The notes: generated by a model from the letters alone, not told the origin. Positions 1 through 12,289 are shown, counted from the first letter of the whole stretch. The stretch is 63,619 nucleotides of DNA, filler included, from Octopus bimaculoides (GCF_001194135.2; 6 parts of 5 records of this genome joined end to end with filler, not necessarily neighbours in it); one strand, 5' to 3'. Program-made: numbers and translations.

Positions 1-803
1 TATATATGTATATAAATGTATATATATACACTCATACAACACAACACACAAATTATAGGAAGTGTTTATCTTTTAATGCTTTTAAGCATGAGTTCATGGG
101 CTGAATGCTTTTTATAAAGTGAATATTTGAATAAAATACTGGAGGTGTGATTTTACGGTCAGTTGCACATTATACTACCAACAAAACAGCAATGAACTAA
201 CACCAATGATTCATCTAACTAGACTGAAATAAAGAAAGTTATAATATGCCTGGCTTGGCATCACAACACATTGCTAATGGCAGAAAATAAAATACATGAC
301 TATCATAAATATTTATCAGCCATGAATGTTTATCAAGCAAGCCTAGACCTTATGATCAAAAGGTGATCTGGACATGACCACCTTGTCAATTTTATTGGGG
401 TTTTTTTTCATGTTTTAACCAGCACAATGTAAATAGGACTACATTATCCAATGGTCTTTTTCTCTTTCTTTTATTAAAACAGCATAGAGTGATTTGAGTG
501 TTATTTGACTGCTATTTCTGGCTGGTCAAGCATTGAGGCTCTCTTGTGGTATGTTGTGGTTAAGGTGATGAAGATAAAGATGGTGTGGTTTTTAACCTGA
601 GGTCAGCTTTGACATAACAAAGTTATGACGAGAGGTATTTGTAATTTGATCACCCAGCTAATGAATCTAGCACAACATGATCCATCGTATCCTTCCCCTT
701 TTATATGTGTGTATGTATATATACATACATCGTGTGTGTATGTATATATACATGCATCGTGTGTGTATATATACATATATTGTGTGTGTATACATAAATG
801 TCA

Positions 804-887
804 TATCTTGGACATAGAGTTACCAAAGGTTTCGTATCCACAAAGCTAAAGCCTTGTGGATAGCTCTTCAGACTCTATATAAAGACA
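804..887 (-). ncRNA. Type I hammerhead ribozyme, full-length fold
   Basis: Minus strand: stem I TATAGAGT/ACTCTATG; core CTGAAGA (871-865); stem II G-C plus 12 bp TATCCACAAGGC/GCTTTGTGGATA with loop TTTA and one bulged C; GAAA (833-830); stem III ACC-TTT-GGT; GUA cleavage between 821 and 820; distal stem TGTCTT/AAGATA beyond a TA/TCC internal loop. Confidence 0.85.
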
Positions 888-1178
888 AAAATTTAAAATT
901 TCTATGTCACGGACTTGAAGAAACACTCAGAAATCGAGAAATACATCTTAACAAAAGAACGTTAATGAGGACAGGTTGTCTCCCCTGAACCAGAGGAAAA
1001 ACAACCCTTATAAACCCGAAAGGGCCCAGCAAATGGGGAGATACAATTTTCCAGTAAGTAGCACATAATAGAGAGAGAATGAGAATGAAAAAGACATGTT
1101 GAGTTCAGTGGTCCAGCATAGTGAAATATATATATATGTGTATATATATGTATGTATATGTATATATGTATGTATATG

Positions 1179-1234
<56 letters not shown>

Positions 1235-1336
1235 CACATACACATATATATAATTGTTAAACAGAATGTCTAACATTAAGGCAAGGCAAACATTTCAAGT
1301 CATATATACAATATTACTATAGGAAGAAATCCAAAA

Positions 1337-1366
1337 TCTTGCAGCTGTTTCTGGGATATCCTTCAT
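1337..1366 (-). ncRNA. Decayed hammerhead remnant, inverted homologue of the 1782-1829 motif
   Basis: The minus strand reads TGAAGG-ATATCCCA-GAAACAGCTGCA-AGA, matching the 3' half of the 1782 motif. Stem II is internally deleted and the triplet is GCA instead of GUA. Confidence 0.5.
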
Positions 1367-1781
1367 TATGGTATATTCTGCTGCATCGAAAATCTGCAAT
1401 GGCTCCATAACTACTGTCTCAGCTATAACCTTGGAGCCCTAGTAATCCGTTACAGCACTTACCTAGCGTACCTAATCATCTAGATCACCTGTGAACTAAA
1501 CTCCCATACTTTATATATATATATATATAAATATATATATGAACACTATCCATTTGAAATAACAAAATATGAACTCCTATCAGAATTTACATACCATGGA
1601 CAAGAAACCTCTTTACCCATTTTACACAGTGCATTCCTTGAATAATTGAACAGCAATTTTAACATCCAGCATATTTTTACTCCCATATTTCCCTTTAAGC
1701 TTCCTGCATCTCTCCCTTTCCAAAATAACTTCTTAGATAATGAACTCCACTATTTCCTTCTATTAAAACTCTCTCATTACC

Positions 1782-1829
1782 GTCTCTGAAGATGGGATAT
1801 CTTTTATATCCCTGAAACAGCTGTAGAAC
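1782..1829 (+). ncRNA. Minimal (Penelope-type) hammerhead ribozyme motif, partly degenerate
   Basis: CTGAAGA (1786-1792), stem II GGGATAT/ATATCCC with a T-T closing mismatch, GAAA (1814-1817), palindromic stem III ACAGCTGT, GUA triplet (1823-1825). Stem I GTCT/GAAC is imperfect. Confidence 0.6.
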
Positions 1830-2152
1830 TACCTTTCACTTTATAGTGAATTGCCCTCAGTATTATTTTTTAAAGCCTGATACTTATTCTATCAATCTCT
1901 TTTGTTGAACCACTAAGTTACAAGGATGTAACCACACCAAAACCTGTTTTCGCACACACACACATACACACATATATGACAGGCTTCGTACAGTTTCCCA
2001 CTACTAAATCCACTCACAAATCTTGATTAACTTGAGACTTTAGTAGAAGAAACTTACCCATGATGCTACGCAGTGGGACTGAACTCAGAACCATGTGGTT
2101 GGGAAGCATGCTCCATACCATACATCTACATCTGCACCTATATGAATACATC

Positions 2153-2526
2153 TTTATTACCTCCGCCTTCGCAAAGGCGGAGGTATTGTTTTCAGTCGTG
2201 CTTGTTTGTTTGTTTGTCTGTGGACAAGATATCTCAAGAACCGCTGGATGGATTTGGATGAAAATTTCTGGGATGATTGGCCTCATAACTGGCACGAACT
2301 GATTAAATTTTGGGATTGATCCAATACGAGACAAGGATTCCGGATTATTTTTCCTGTTTTTTTACTTAATTTTTGTAAGCGGTTGTGTTCATTTTTAGTA
2401 TTCTTATTTTTGAGAGCAGTCGAGTTTAATTCAGATATTCTCATTTTAAAAATCATCTCTGGCTAATCCTTGAGAGGATGTTGGTGTTGCCTTGGTGGAG
2501 GCTTGCATTCTCTGAGTGCTCTTGTT
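2153..2526 (-). mobile_element. Non-autonomous Helentron-like (HINE/DINE-1-like) element
   Basis: 12 bp terminal hairpin TACCTCCGCCTT/AAGGCGGAGGTA (2158-2185), a matching subterminal motif at the other end (CCTTGGTGGAGG), internal (GTTT)n, T-rich flanks. Homologous to 48729-49058. The class assignment is inference. Confidence 0.55.
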
Positions 2527-3994
2527 TATTCGTGTTTTCATTTATTTCTTGTTTTCTGATTTTTTATCTTGGTTTAACTTCTGTTCATCATGGGCATTGC
2601 AAAGTTCAATACATCACAGTGACTGGTAGTTTCTTCCTGGGTGGAAATTTCTTGGCTTTAATCCTGGATGGAGTACCACTGATGCTCTATTTCTTGTAAG
2701 ACAATAATATAAGAAGTTCTAAGCTAAGAATAAGTCTATATACTTAACGTTCATTTATCTGGAGAAAGCCTTTGATAGGGTTCTATGCTTTGTCATCTGG
2801 AGACCCCTAAAAAAGCTAAGAATAGATGTCTGTCTTGTGAGACTTGTGGTAGTGGAGGTGGTAGCGATGGTGCTTTGGGTGACTACAATAATGATGCTGG
2901 TGTTAGTAGTGGTTGTGATGGTAGTTGTCATGGCAGTGGTTGCAACAGTGGAGATGGTACTAGCAATAGTAAACATAAATGTGGGGGCAGTGGTGAAAGA
3001 GTAGGAGGTGGTGGTGGTGGTAATTGCTTCAAAGTGAAGGTAGGGTTGCCAAATGATTTTCATGGATTTTACCAAAATAATTTTCAAAATTTATTAAAAA
3101 ATTCTTGAGTTTTATCAGGTTAAATTTTTTAAAAATACATAGCAAACTTTATTTCATATATGAAAAAAAATAGGGGATTTTTCTCATTCATTTAGAATTA
3201 GGTTACTTCCACTTATTTACAGTTATTTAAAAAGTATTTTTGCATAAGTTTTGAATATTGTTGCATAAGTTGTAGATAGTTGCCATTCTGTAACTGCCAC
3301 ATTTTTACATATAAAATGGCATTTAATGTTTCCATGCTTAATTATGAATTATTTTATACCATTATACTGTTTACCAAAGAAAACAGTCTTTCTGGTGCAG
3401 ATGAAGAAGGAAGCAATGATGATAATAAATTTATAGTTAATTTTGAGATGACTCGGAAATAAGGTTTAACTTCACATTTTTCTTGACAAATACGATACTA
3501 ATTATTATAAAATATTTCTCTGGTTCTGAAATTTCATTCTCTTGTAGAGTTAACTCTTGACATTTTTGCTGGTATTTCCATGCTCTTTTCTTTAATTAAT
3601 AGGAAGAAATTTCATTAATAATTGGGTAACTGGATATGGCTGTCCTTGAACACACATTTTCTGGACACCAAGCAAGTAGGGCCAAAACAACTTTGCTAAA
3701 ACATCTCGTGCTCACTAGGAATACTCAGCCACATATATGTTAATTCAATAAATAGGTAGTTCAGTTGTTCAAATAATTTGATATTTGTTATGGAAACTGA
3801 TGAACCTTTTACTTTTATGAGTAATGTGGTGTAAGTCAAAAATTGAGAGGTTTTTGTTATGCAAGATACTTGATGACCCTGTTGGTGATGGTGCCATGTA
3901 AAAAGCACTGGTGATAGAGCTTTCTAAATGAACTTTTAAAATTGTAGTTTTATCATTGTCTTTGTAGAAAAACATAATTATACTAACATAGGAA

Positions 3995-4200
3995 CACCAC
4001 CCCTAGGTCCAGTCCTTGTTGCAGTGTTGGGGCTTGTGTTCCTCAATGAGCCTGAGAGCTTTGCTAGTGGAGTACAAGTTCCTGGTAGGACCTATGCTAG
4101 GTAGGTCAAAGGTAGAGGCCAGAATAAGATGAACTACTTCTTCCCAAAGATAAAATAGGGTTTGCATAGGGTCAACAGCTCAACCAAGAAAACAACAAAG
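3995..4200 (+). repeat. Decayed RTE/Expander-like 5' UTR
   Basis: GGGGCTTGTGTTCCTCAATGAGCCTGAGAGC...CCTGGTAGG...AGGTC...GAGGCCAGA...GGGTTTGCATAGGGTCAAC resembles RTE 5' UTRs as I recall them. No intact ORF follows. Confidence 0.35.
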
Positions 4201-4952
4201 TTACAGAAATATTGATAACAATTCAGAAAACCTGAGAGAGGAAGGCCTTACATCAAGGAAATATTAAGTGGGGATGGACAAGCATTGAGCAGAAAAGATA
4301 GCCCAGAGTCAAACCAGTGGAGAAAAGTCAATGATGGCTTGTGATCTACAGAGAGCAAAGGCCTTAAATAAATCTCAAGTAAGTAACATATGAATTATAT
4401 AGACAACTGGTTACGTATGATTATGAAAGCACAGAACATGATGGCTAATATCCAGTTATCTGAATATGACCACTGGTAAACTGAAGTAAATACATTATTG
4501 CCTATGCAGCAGCAGAATGACCAAATAACAACAGAATTGTTTTTGCAAAGTCTAATCAGCTAATGAAATTAGATTTTCTGGATTTTTTTAATCTGCAAAA
4601 TAACATCTGTCAAAATCAATTTCTCTGACAATTGATTTATAGGTGCTGATTCAACAGTCTTGCTAATTCAACAGGTTTTAATACATTTAAGTTTGCTGAA
4701 ATATATTTCTTTGGCTGTAGGTGCAGGCATGGCTGTGTGGTTAGGAAGCTTGTCTCCCCAACCATTGTGGTATTGGGTTCAGTCACACTCTACAGCACCT
4801 TGGACAAATATCTTCTACTACTGTCCTGAGTTTGACCAAAGCCTTGCGAGTAGATTTGGCAGATGGAAACTGAAAGTCCATTGTATATATGCATGCGCAT
4901 GGGTGAGTGTGCATATGTTTGATATATACATATATGTACATATATATATATA

Positions 4953-5088
<136 letters not shown>

Positions 5089-5109
5089 AATATATATATA
5101 CATATATGA

Positions 5110-5870
5110 ATATAGGACATCACCAACAGTAAACAACATGAAATACGTAAACAAACGAGTTAGATATGCAAACACTGAGAGAAAAAAATGGAAGACAGGA
5201 CAAGTAACACAAAGAACGACCCTTTATCAATTGCTGGCTATCTACTCCTCATTTCAAGCATTCAATGACAATATGAGTCTTCAAAGACAGTTGCTCCCAT
5301 AAATACCAAAATAAAATTTTGGATTTATGGAGGGTCAAAGTTTGAATGAAAACAAACATGGAAGGTCGTTAGACCAGAACTAGGGGAAAATAGTGAACAC
5401 TGAGAGAACTATTTTCTTTGAAAAGAGAAAAGATAGAAGAGAAAGATAGAAGACTTCCAGTCCTTAGGATGTCCTGGAGGAAAAGAAAGATGGATGATGG
5501 TCGTGTGTGAGCAACGAAAGAGAGAAAAAGGGAAAGAGGGGAGAGAGAGAGACAGATAAAAATGGTGAAGGGGAGAAAAAGGGAATTAAAGAAGGATGGG
5601 GGAGAAAACAGTGTAGAGTAGAGTCGTGTCAAAAAGGTTAATATAAACTTACTTGGAAATGGATACGTGGGATTCAACTAGATAATAATATAAATAATAT
5701 ATATGTGTATGTATATATATATGCATATATGAGTACAGGATGTCACCTACAGTAAACAAAATAAAGTACAAAAACAAATGAGTTAAATACACAAACAGCA
5801 AGAGAGAAAAAAATGGAAAACAGGACAAGTAACTCAAAGAACGATCCTTCATCAGTTGTTGGCTGTCTAT
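5110..5870. repeat. Diverged ~130 bp direct repeat (5110-5235 and 5735-5870) around a purine-rich spacer, pLTR-like
   Basis: Both copies read GGA(C/T)(A/G)TCACC.ACAGTAAACAA...CAGGACAAGTAAC.CAAAGAACGA.CCTT.ATCA. Confidence 0.55.
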
Positions 5871-5931
5871 CTATATATATATACAGTAGTACCTCAGTTT
5901 TTGAACAACTCTGATCATGAATAAATCGTAC

Positions 5932-6006
<75 letters not shown>

Positions 6007-6226
6007 AATAAATCTGAGGGTAGCAAAAAAATTTTAGTGAGTCTAGTGAGAAGAAAAAAACTAGTCAATAGACTATATATTATTCATATGACTACATACA
6101 GTGTACATTTAAACACATAAGGGAGATGCCCATAATAGGACATCTAACCTGCTTGAAGGAGCAGTCAAACTCCAAACCACAATTAGGGATAATTTCGAAA
6201 GGAAATGAAAAATAAAAACATTTACC

Positions 6227-6314
6227 ATCTATTTCCTGAACCAAGGTTTCAAGCTATTTTCAGCAAAATAAAAAAAATTGCTAGGCCAGCTATCATCAGC
6301 AGGAAAGCCAAGAT
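6227..6314 (-). ncRNA. Type I hammerhead ribozyme, full-length fold
   Basis: Minus strand: 7 bp stem I TTTCCTG/CAGGAAA; core CTGATGA (6299-6293); stem II AGCT/AGCT with a T-T closing mismatch and inner hairpin AGCAA/TTGCT; GAAA (6250-6247); stem III ACC-TT-GGT; GUU cleavage between 6239 and 6238; distal stem ATCT/AGAT beyond a TGGC/T loop. Confidence 0.75.
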
Positions 6315-7099
6315 TAATATATAAACACGAGGCAATACATAGAACATGCCTTGTGCTTATATGTTATAATTGTTCATATCTACCGCACATGTGCGGCTTT
6401 CTTATCAGCAGCAAATACAAAAAATGCCAATTTTCTTCCAATTTTCATATCATCATATCATCATCATTTAACCCATAAAATGCTGGGATTTGCACTTACA
6501 TAGCATGGACTGCTGAGCACATTTTATAAAAATGAGACTACCATATATATAATAAACAAAAAATAGTTAAAATATCTTCTTAGTGGCAAGTTTTACATCA
6601 TTTGAAAAGTCATTAGTTGAACTATTAGTCCTCTTGCATTCTGGGGGTATTGGAGCATTTGAGTGACATTAGACCCCCAACAAACACCCATAAATTAAAA
6701 GCATCTATCTGGGCCACAATCGTGGCCCATCATGCTTTATGTGTTAATATCCATTTTCTATGCTGGCATGGATTGGATGGTTTGACTGAAAACTGGTAAG
6801 CTAGTGGGTGGGGGCTGTACCAGGTTGTTCTCATCTAATTTGGCAAGGGTTCTACAGCTAGATACCCTTCTTGATGCCAACCACTCAAAAAGTGTAGTAC
6901 CAATATATATCTGTGCCAATCAGACTTAAGCTCAAATTTCGTTTTTTCTTGATAAAAGCATTTAAAGCCACAATATCAAGATAAATCACAATATCAAGGT
7001 AAAAATGGGAATTGTTTCTGATTTCGTTTTTGTTTTATAATTTTGTTATCTTCATCTTGCAGTGTAGTAACGTTAAAAGAAAGATTCATCTGTACGTTT

Positions 7100-7136
7100 G
7101 TGTGAGTGTATGAATGTGTGTGTGCGCGTGCATGTG

Positions 7137-7180
<44 letters not shown>

Positions 7181-7379
7181 TGTGTGTAAATGTAAGGATA
7201 AATCAGAGACAGAATGACTGACAAACATTACTGATTGATTAACTGGAACGAGACAGAAATACAGGGAGGTTGGCAGATAAGAGGGAAAATGAAATCAGAC
7301 CACATCAGAGTAAAAGAAAGGTGGTGGGGTGGTATATATGTGTGCGTGTGTGTGTGTGTGCATGTACATGTACATACGT

Positions 7380-7413
<34 letters not shown>

Positions 7414-7507
7414 CATGCACATATACATACATATATATATATACACACACACACATATATATGTATATATACATGCATATGTATACATACACAGATATAT
7501 ATGTATG

Positions 7508-7585
<78 letters not shown>

Positions 7586-7591
7586 CATACA

Positions 7592-7640
<49 letters not shown>

Positions 7641-7660
7641 TATATAAATAAATACATACA
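7100..7660. repeat. Compound microsatellite (TG)n/(TA)n/(TACA)n, representative of many in the window
   Basis: Seen directly. Explains the YIYI and HTHT pseudo-ORFs. Confidence 0.95.
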
Positions 7661-8021
7661 TATATATATGATGTCTTGACATAACAATGAGATCAGTAAC
7701 AAATAGACAGACAAAAATAGGTAAACACACTCACAGACAGACAGACAGAACGATAGGTCGATACCTTGACAGACAAATAAGTAAATACGTTGGTAGATGT
7801 ATAGTTAAAGAAAGTTGTAAGATAAGTTGATATACTGATTGACAGACAGCAATAGAAGACAGAAGACAGACAGAAGATAATAGACAGGTAGACGTTATAT
7901 ATAGATAGGTACACTAGTAGGTAAGATAAGTAAAAACAGAAACTGATAGGATAATAAATAAAATTGTGTGTGTATGTATGTGTGTGTGTGCATGTGTGTG
8001 AGAGAAAGAAAGAGAGAGAAA

Positions 8022-8055
<34 letters not shown>

Positions 8056-8628
8056 GATACAAGCTATTATGAGCGTCAATTTGAGAAAGAAACGAGAAAC
8101 AGGCTTCAGAAGAAGGCTATGGTTCAAGTCCTATTAGCTGACCTGATTCTCTTGCATGGCCTCAAATTTTACTTGTTTGATATCAATTTACATTGAACAC
8201 TGCTGTAGATAACTGATTCAAGCGGATGTTAAATGATGATGATGATGTATATTATGTATATATATATATATTTATATATATATATATATACTATTTTATA
8301 TATCATATAGATATCATTTATATATTATGTATACATATATATGTACATAAATATATACATACATATATGATTGACTCATCTTGTCAGATGATAGTTATCT
8401 GTATGTCATTGGAGTTAAGTGACAAACACTGGCACAACACTTTTGCCACTCTTTCAGTTGCCATAGTAGGTTCCAGTGATAAGCATTGCAAGATGACTGA
8501 CACTATTTTGACTGAAAGTTTTACGTTAGAGTATCTTTCTTCAAGAAGTGCTGCCTCTATCCTTGGGAGAACTACTTGACACAAGCTGTCATTCAAGGTT
8601 AGAACCTACTTATACACACACACAGACA

Positions 8629-8752
8629 TGAGGGATGTATGAAAAGTTTTGAGCCTTCAATGCCTTTGATCCTTGAAGTCTTGTACTTTCATCAGAAATC
8701 TTGTACCATGTTTTGTTTCTTTGAGGCTCAAGACTTTTCATACACCCTCTCG
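8629..8752. mobile_element. Very small mariner-type MITE, ~124 bp
   Basis: TIRs of about 28 bp: TGAGGGATGTATGAAAAGTTTTGAGCCT and (reverse complement) CGAGAGGGTGTATGAAAAGTCTTGAGCCT. Confidence 0.75.
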
Positions 8753-9154
8753 TGTCCCTATCACTTAGCGGCTTGGCAAAAAGAGACCGATAGAATAAGT
8801 ACTAGGCTTACAAAGAATAAGTCCCGGGGTCGACTTGCTCGACTAAAGGCAGTGCTCCAGCATGGCCGCAGTCAAATGACTGAAATAAGTAAAAGAGTAA
8901 AAGAGATATGTACACTATTTTATATTGAATAATATGTCGTCTATTGACTTTTTATATATGCTAGGTAGTGAAATTTTATGTATGCTGGTAGTGAAATTTG
9001 TAAAGATTTGCTACCCTATATGTATATTCAAGTTATATAAGCTTAAAGCTTATGGCAATCACCATGCAATGACTAAGGAAAATAGTCTAATAAAGGGGCA
9101 TATAAGCCCTCAACAGAAAAAAGAAGAGTTTCCTATTTGTAGCCAAAGCATATA

Positions 9155-9254
9155 NNNNNNNNNNNNNNNNNNNNNNNNNNNNNNNNNNNNNNNNNNNNTT
9201 AATTAATTAANNNNNNNNNNNNNNNNNNNNNNNNNNNNNNNNNNNNNNNNNNNN
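9155..9254. other. Artificial 100 bp scaffold spacer: 44 N + TTAATTAATTAA + 44 N
   Basis: The identical 12-mer occurs at 9199, 38726, 44384, 47943 and 62328, always between N runs. It is self-complementary and gives stops in all six frames. Confidence 0.9.
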
Positions 9255-9595
9255 AAACAAGCATGGTGAAAGACAGGTGGCAAATAAAAATTTTGGGTCT
9301 TACCTCTGCGAAGATCGCAAAAAGGATGGCAGATAACTTAGAATCGATTTCTGGATTTGCGCCAGGGGGCACTTTCATGGAGGTAAGACTCGTAATTTTT
9401 ATTCGCCATCTGCATTTCACCATGCTTGTTTTAGTGAGCTCTATGTGTGGTTTAGGGGTTCATTTGACTCTTATTTCTAGCGAAGCTGGTGCTTTACAGC
9501 ACTATATATATATATATATATATATTACTCAATGTGCCTGCATAGTTCATGTTTTCAATCGCCACTAATATTACAAGTTACTAGTAATACATATA

Positions 9596-10023
9596 CAGGT
9601 TGTCGTTGACTTATGACTGATCAACATTACGACAATTGGCACACCAGCTCCCGGCAGCAATGATAAGTAGTCAAGTTGAAATCTCATGGGTTCAATTTCT
9701 TGAAAATTAACCTATCTACAGATGATGCCAGCTAACAAACGACATCAAAGATCCACAGCCGAGCACCAGTCTACAATGAATTTTTATGTAAGTTTTGCAA
9801 CTGTTTCTTGCACTACATTGTGTATTCCTTCCATTTACATTCTTTGGAACTTTTCTATGAACAAAGAACACTGTTGTAGTATAATACAAAATGCTGTGTG
9901 TGACTTTTATCTGAGAATTTACCTTAAGATTGTAAAAATATAAAATAAAGCTATGTACACCTATATTCCAACTAACAACCAGTCCGTCAGAACCACTTAT
10001 GGTCGTAAGTTGATGACGACCTG
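9596..10023. mobile_element. Tigger/pogo-like MITE, 428 bp
   Basis: Imperfect TIRs CAGGTTGTCGTTGACTTATGAC and (reverse complement) CAGGTCGTCATCAACTTACGAC, with TA on both flanks. Confidence 0.8.
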
Positions 10024-10051
10024 TATGTATATATATATATATATATCATCA

Positions 10052-10215
10052 TCATCATCGTTTAACGTCCGCTTTCCATGCTAGCATGGGTTGGACGATT
10101 TGACTGAGGACTGGTGAAACCAGATGGTTACACCAGGCTCCAATCTGATTTGGCAGAATTTCTACAGCTGGATGCCCTTCCTAACGCCAACCACTAAGAG
10201 AGTGTAGTGGGTGCT
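10052..10215 (-). repeat. 5'-truncated LINE 3' tail ending in (GAT)n
   Basis: The reverse complement reads GGTTGGCGTTAGGAAGGGCATCCAGCTGTAG...CCAACCCATGCTAGCATGGAAAGCGGACGTTAAACGATGATG. Decayed copies lie near 6740-6900, 15340-15470, 37850-37945 and 51510-51605. Confidence 0.7.
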
Positions 10216-10220
10216 TCTAC

Positions 10221-10268
<48 letters not shown>

Positions 10269-11057
10269 NNNNNNNNNNNNNNNNNNNNNNNNNNNNNNNN
10301 NNNNNNNNNNNNNNNNNNNNNNNNNNNNNNNNNNNNNNNNNNNNNNNNNNNNNNNNNNNNNNNNNNNNNNNNNNNNNNNNNNNNNNNNNNNNNNNNNNNN
10401 NNNNNNNNNNNNNNNNNNNNNNNNNNNNNNNNNNNNNNNNNNNNNNNNNNNNNNNNNNNNNNNNNNNNNNNNNNNNNNNNNNNNNNNNNNNNNNNNNNNN
10501 NNNNNNNNNNNNNNNNNNNNNNNNNNNNNNNNNNNNNNNNNNNNNNNNNNNNNNNNNNNNNNNNNNNNNNNNNNNNNNNNNNNNNNNNNNNNNNNNNNNN
10601 NNNNNNNNNNNNNNNNNNNNNNNNNNNNNNNNNNNNNNNNNNNNNNNNNNNNNNNNNNNNNNNNNNNNNNNNNNNNNNNNNNNNNNNNNNNNNNNNNNNN
10701 NNNNNNNNNNNNNNNNNNNNNNNNNNNNNNNNNNNNNNNNNNNNNNNNNNNNNNNNNNNNNNNNNNNNNNNNNNNNNNNNNNNNNNNNNNNNNNNNNNNN
10801 NNNNNNNNNNNNNNNNNNNNNNNNNNNNNNNNNNNNNNNNNNNNNNNNNNNNNNNNNNNNNNNNNNNNNNNNNNNNNNNNNNNNNNNNNNNNNNNNNNNN
10901 NNNNNNNNNNNNNNNNNNNNNNNNNNNNNNNNNNNNNNNNNNNNNNNNNNNNNNNNNNNNNNNNNNNNNNNNNNNNNNNNNNNNNNNNNNNNNNNNNNNN
11001 NNNNNNNNNNNNNNNNNNNNNNNNNNNNNNNNNNNNNNNNNNNNNCGTGTGTGTGTG

Positions 11058-11376
11058 TGGCACTCCGTTGGTTACGATAAGTGTTCCAGTTGATCCGATC
11101 AATGGAACAGCCTGCTCATAAAATTAATGTGCAAGTGGCTGAGCACTCCACAAATACATGTGCCCTTAACGTAGTTCTCATGGAGATTCAGTATGAAACA
11201 GAATGTTACTAGGTTGGCCCTTTGAAATACAGGTACTACTCATTTTTGCCAGCTGAGTGGGCTGCAGCAATGTGGAATAAAGTGTCTTGCTCAAGGACAA
11301 AACATGCCACCAGGAATTGAACTCACAACCTTATGATCGTGAATCGAATAGCCTAACCACTAAGCCACGCACCTTT
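11058..11376 (-). mobile_element. tRNA-derived SINE with a CORE-like body and the 3' tail of the 17881 family
   Basis: Head with TGGCTTAGTGG and GTTCAATTC; body CTTGAGCAAGACACTTTATT...CACTCAGCTGG; the last ~170 bp match the 17881/46170 tail. Confidence 0.7.
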
Positions 11377-11408
11377 ACACACACACATATTATTATCATC
11401 ATTTTATG

Positions 11409-11464
<56 letters not shown>

Positions 11465-11522
11465 NNNNNNNNNNNNNNNNNNNNNNNNNNNNNNNNNNNN
11501 NNNNNNNNNNNNNNNNNNNNNN

Positions 11523-11563
<41 letters not shown>

Positions 11564-12289
11564 TAAGTGATAGGATTGCTTCAATATTTCAGGGGTAGTC
11601 TGAAGTATCTAAGTAACCAGAGGATAGTTAAATCTGAAGGCACTCCTGGAAATTACTTGTGTGGGTACCGTCTTCGTTAGAAGGTATCCAGAGGCAGGTA
11701 ATTTATTGTTTAAACCGCAGTTTATAATTATAAGTAATATATATAACTGAGATTATTATATACAGAGTTCAGGTGCACTACAATTCATTGGAAAAGAGTA
11801 AAATAGGGGTCAGAAAGCATCCATAATCAACTAAAGAAAGACAGCAATGAAAACCCAAAGTGCATGCACAGTACATAGAATAAAACATAAAAAGACAGAA
11901 AATCAAACAGTACCAAAGCCATAAAGAGGTTTGAGCTATGTTGATGATGAGATGTTGAAAGTAATGCAGATGAGGAGATTAACGTGAAACAACAGTTTTT
12001 TGTTTAGAGTGTAAGATCCTTGAATATGATAGAAATCTGTATTGTCGAACTCCTGAAGAGCTTCAACTTAATAAACAGACAGTCTGCTTGGTGGCTGGTG
12101 TAATTATGATTTCAGTTTGGCTCCAGAGTACTGAAGTGTATAGGGTTCATGAATAATGATATTTAGTCATCTGAGATGCAGAGGACTAGCAATATTACTA
12201 TTAAATATTACTATAGGACCTCAAAATAAAAATAGATGGATGCTACACAGGAATGTTAAGAATGACTTCTTTATTATTAGTCAAGTGGT

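Noticed and set aside
2755-3108. Overlapping Gly-rich (+) and Thr-rich (-) ORFs
   Set aside because: Explained by degenerate (GGT/AGT)n repeats. No domain or clear splice context.
5820-5870. CTGATGA followed by an AGGA/TCCT stem on the minus strand
   Set aside because: The stem is followed by GTTT rather than GAAA, so there is no hammerhead core.
7228-7730. YIYI, HTHT and CVCV ORFs here and throughout, and X-filled ORFs across gaps
   Set aside because: Translations of dinucleotide microsatellites and N runs.
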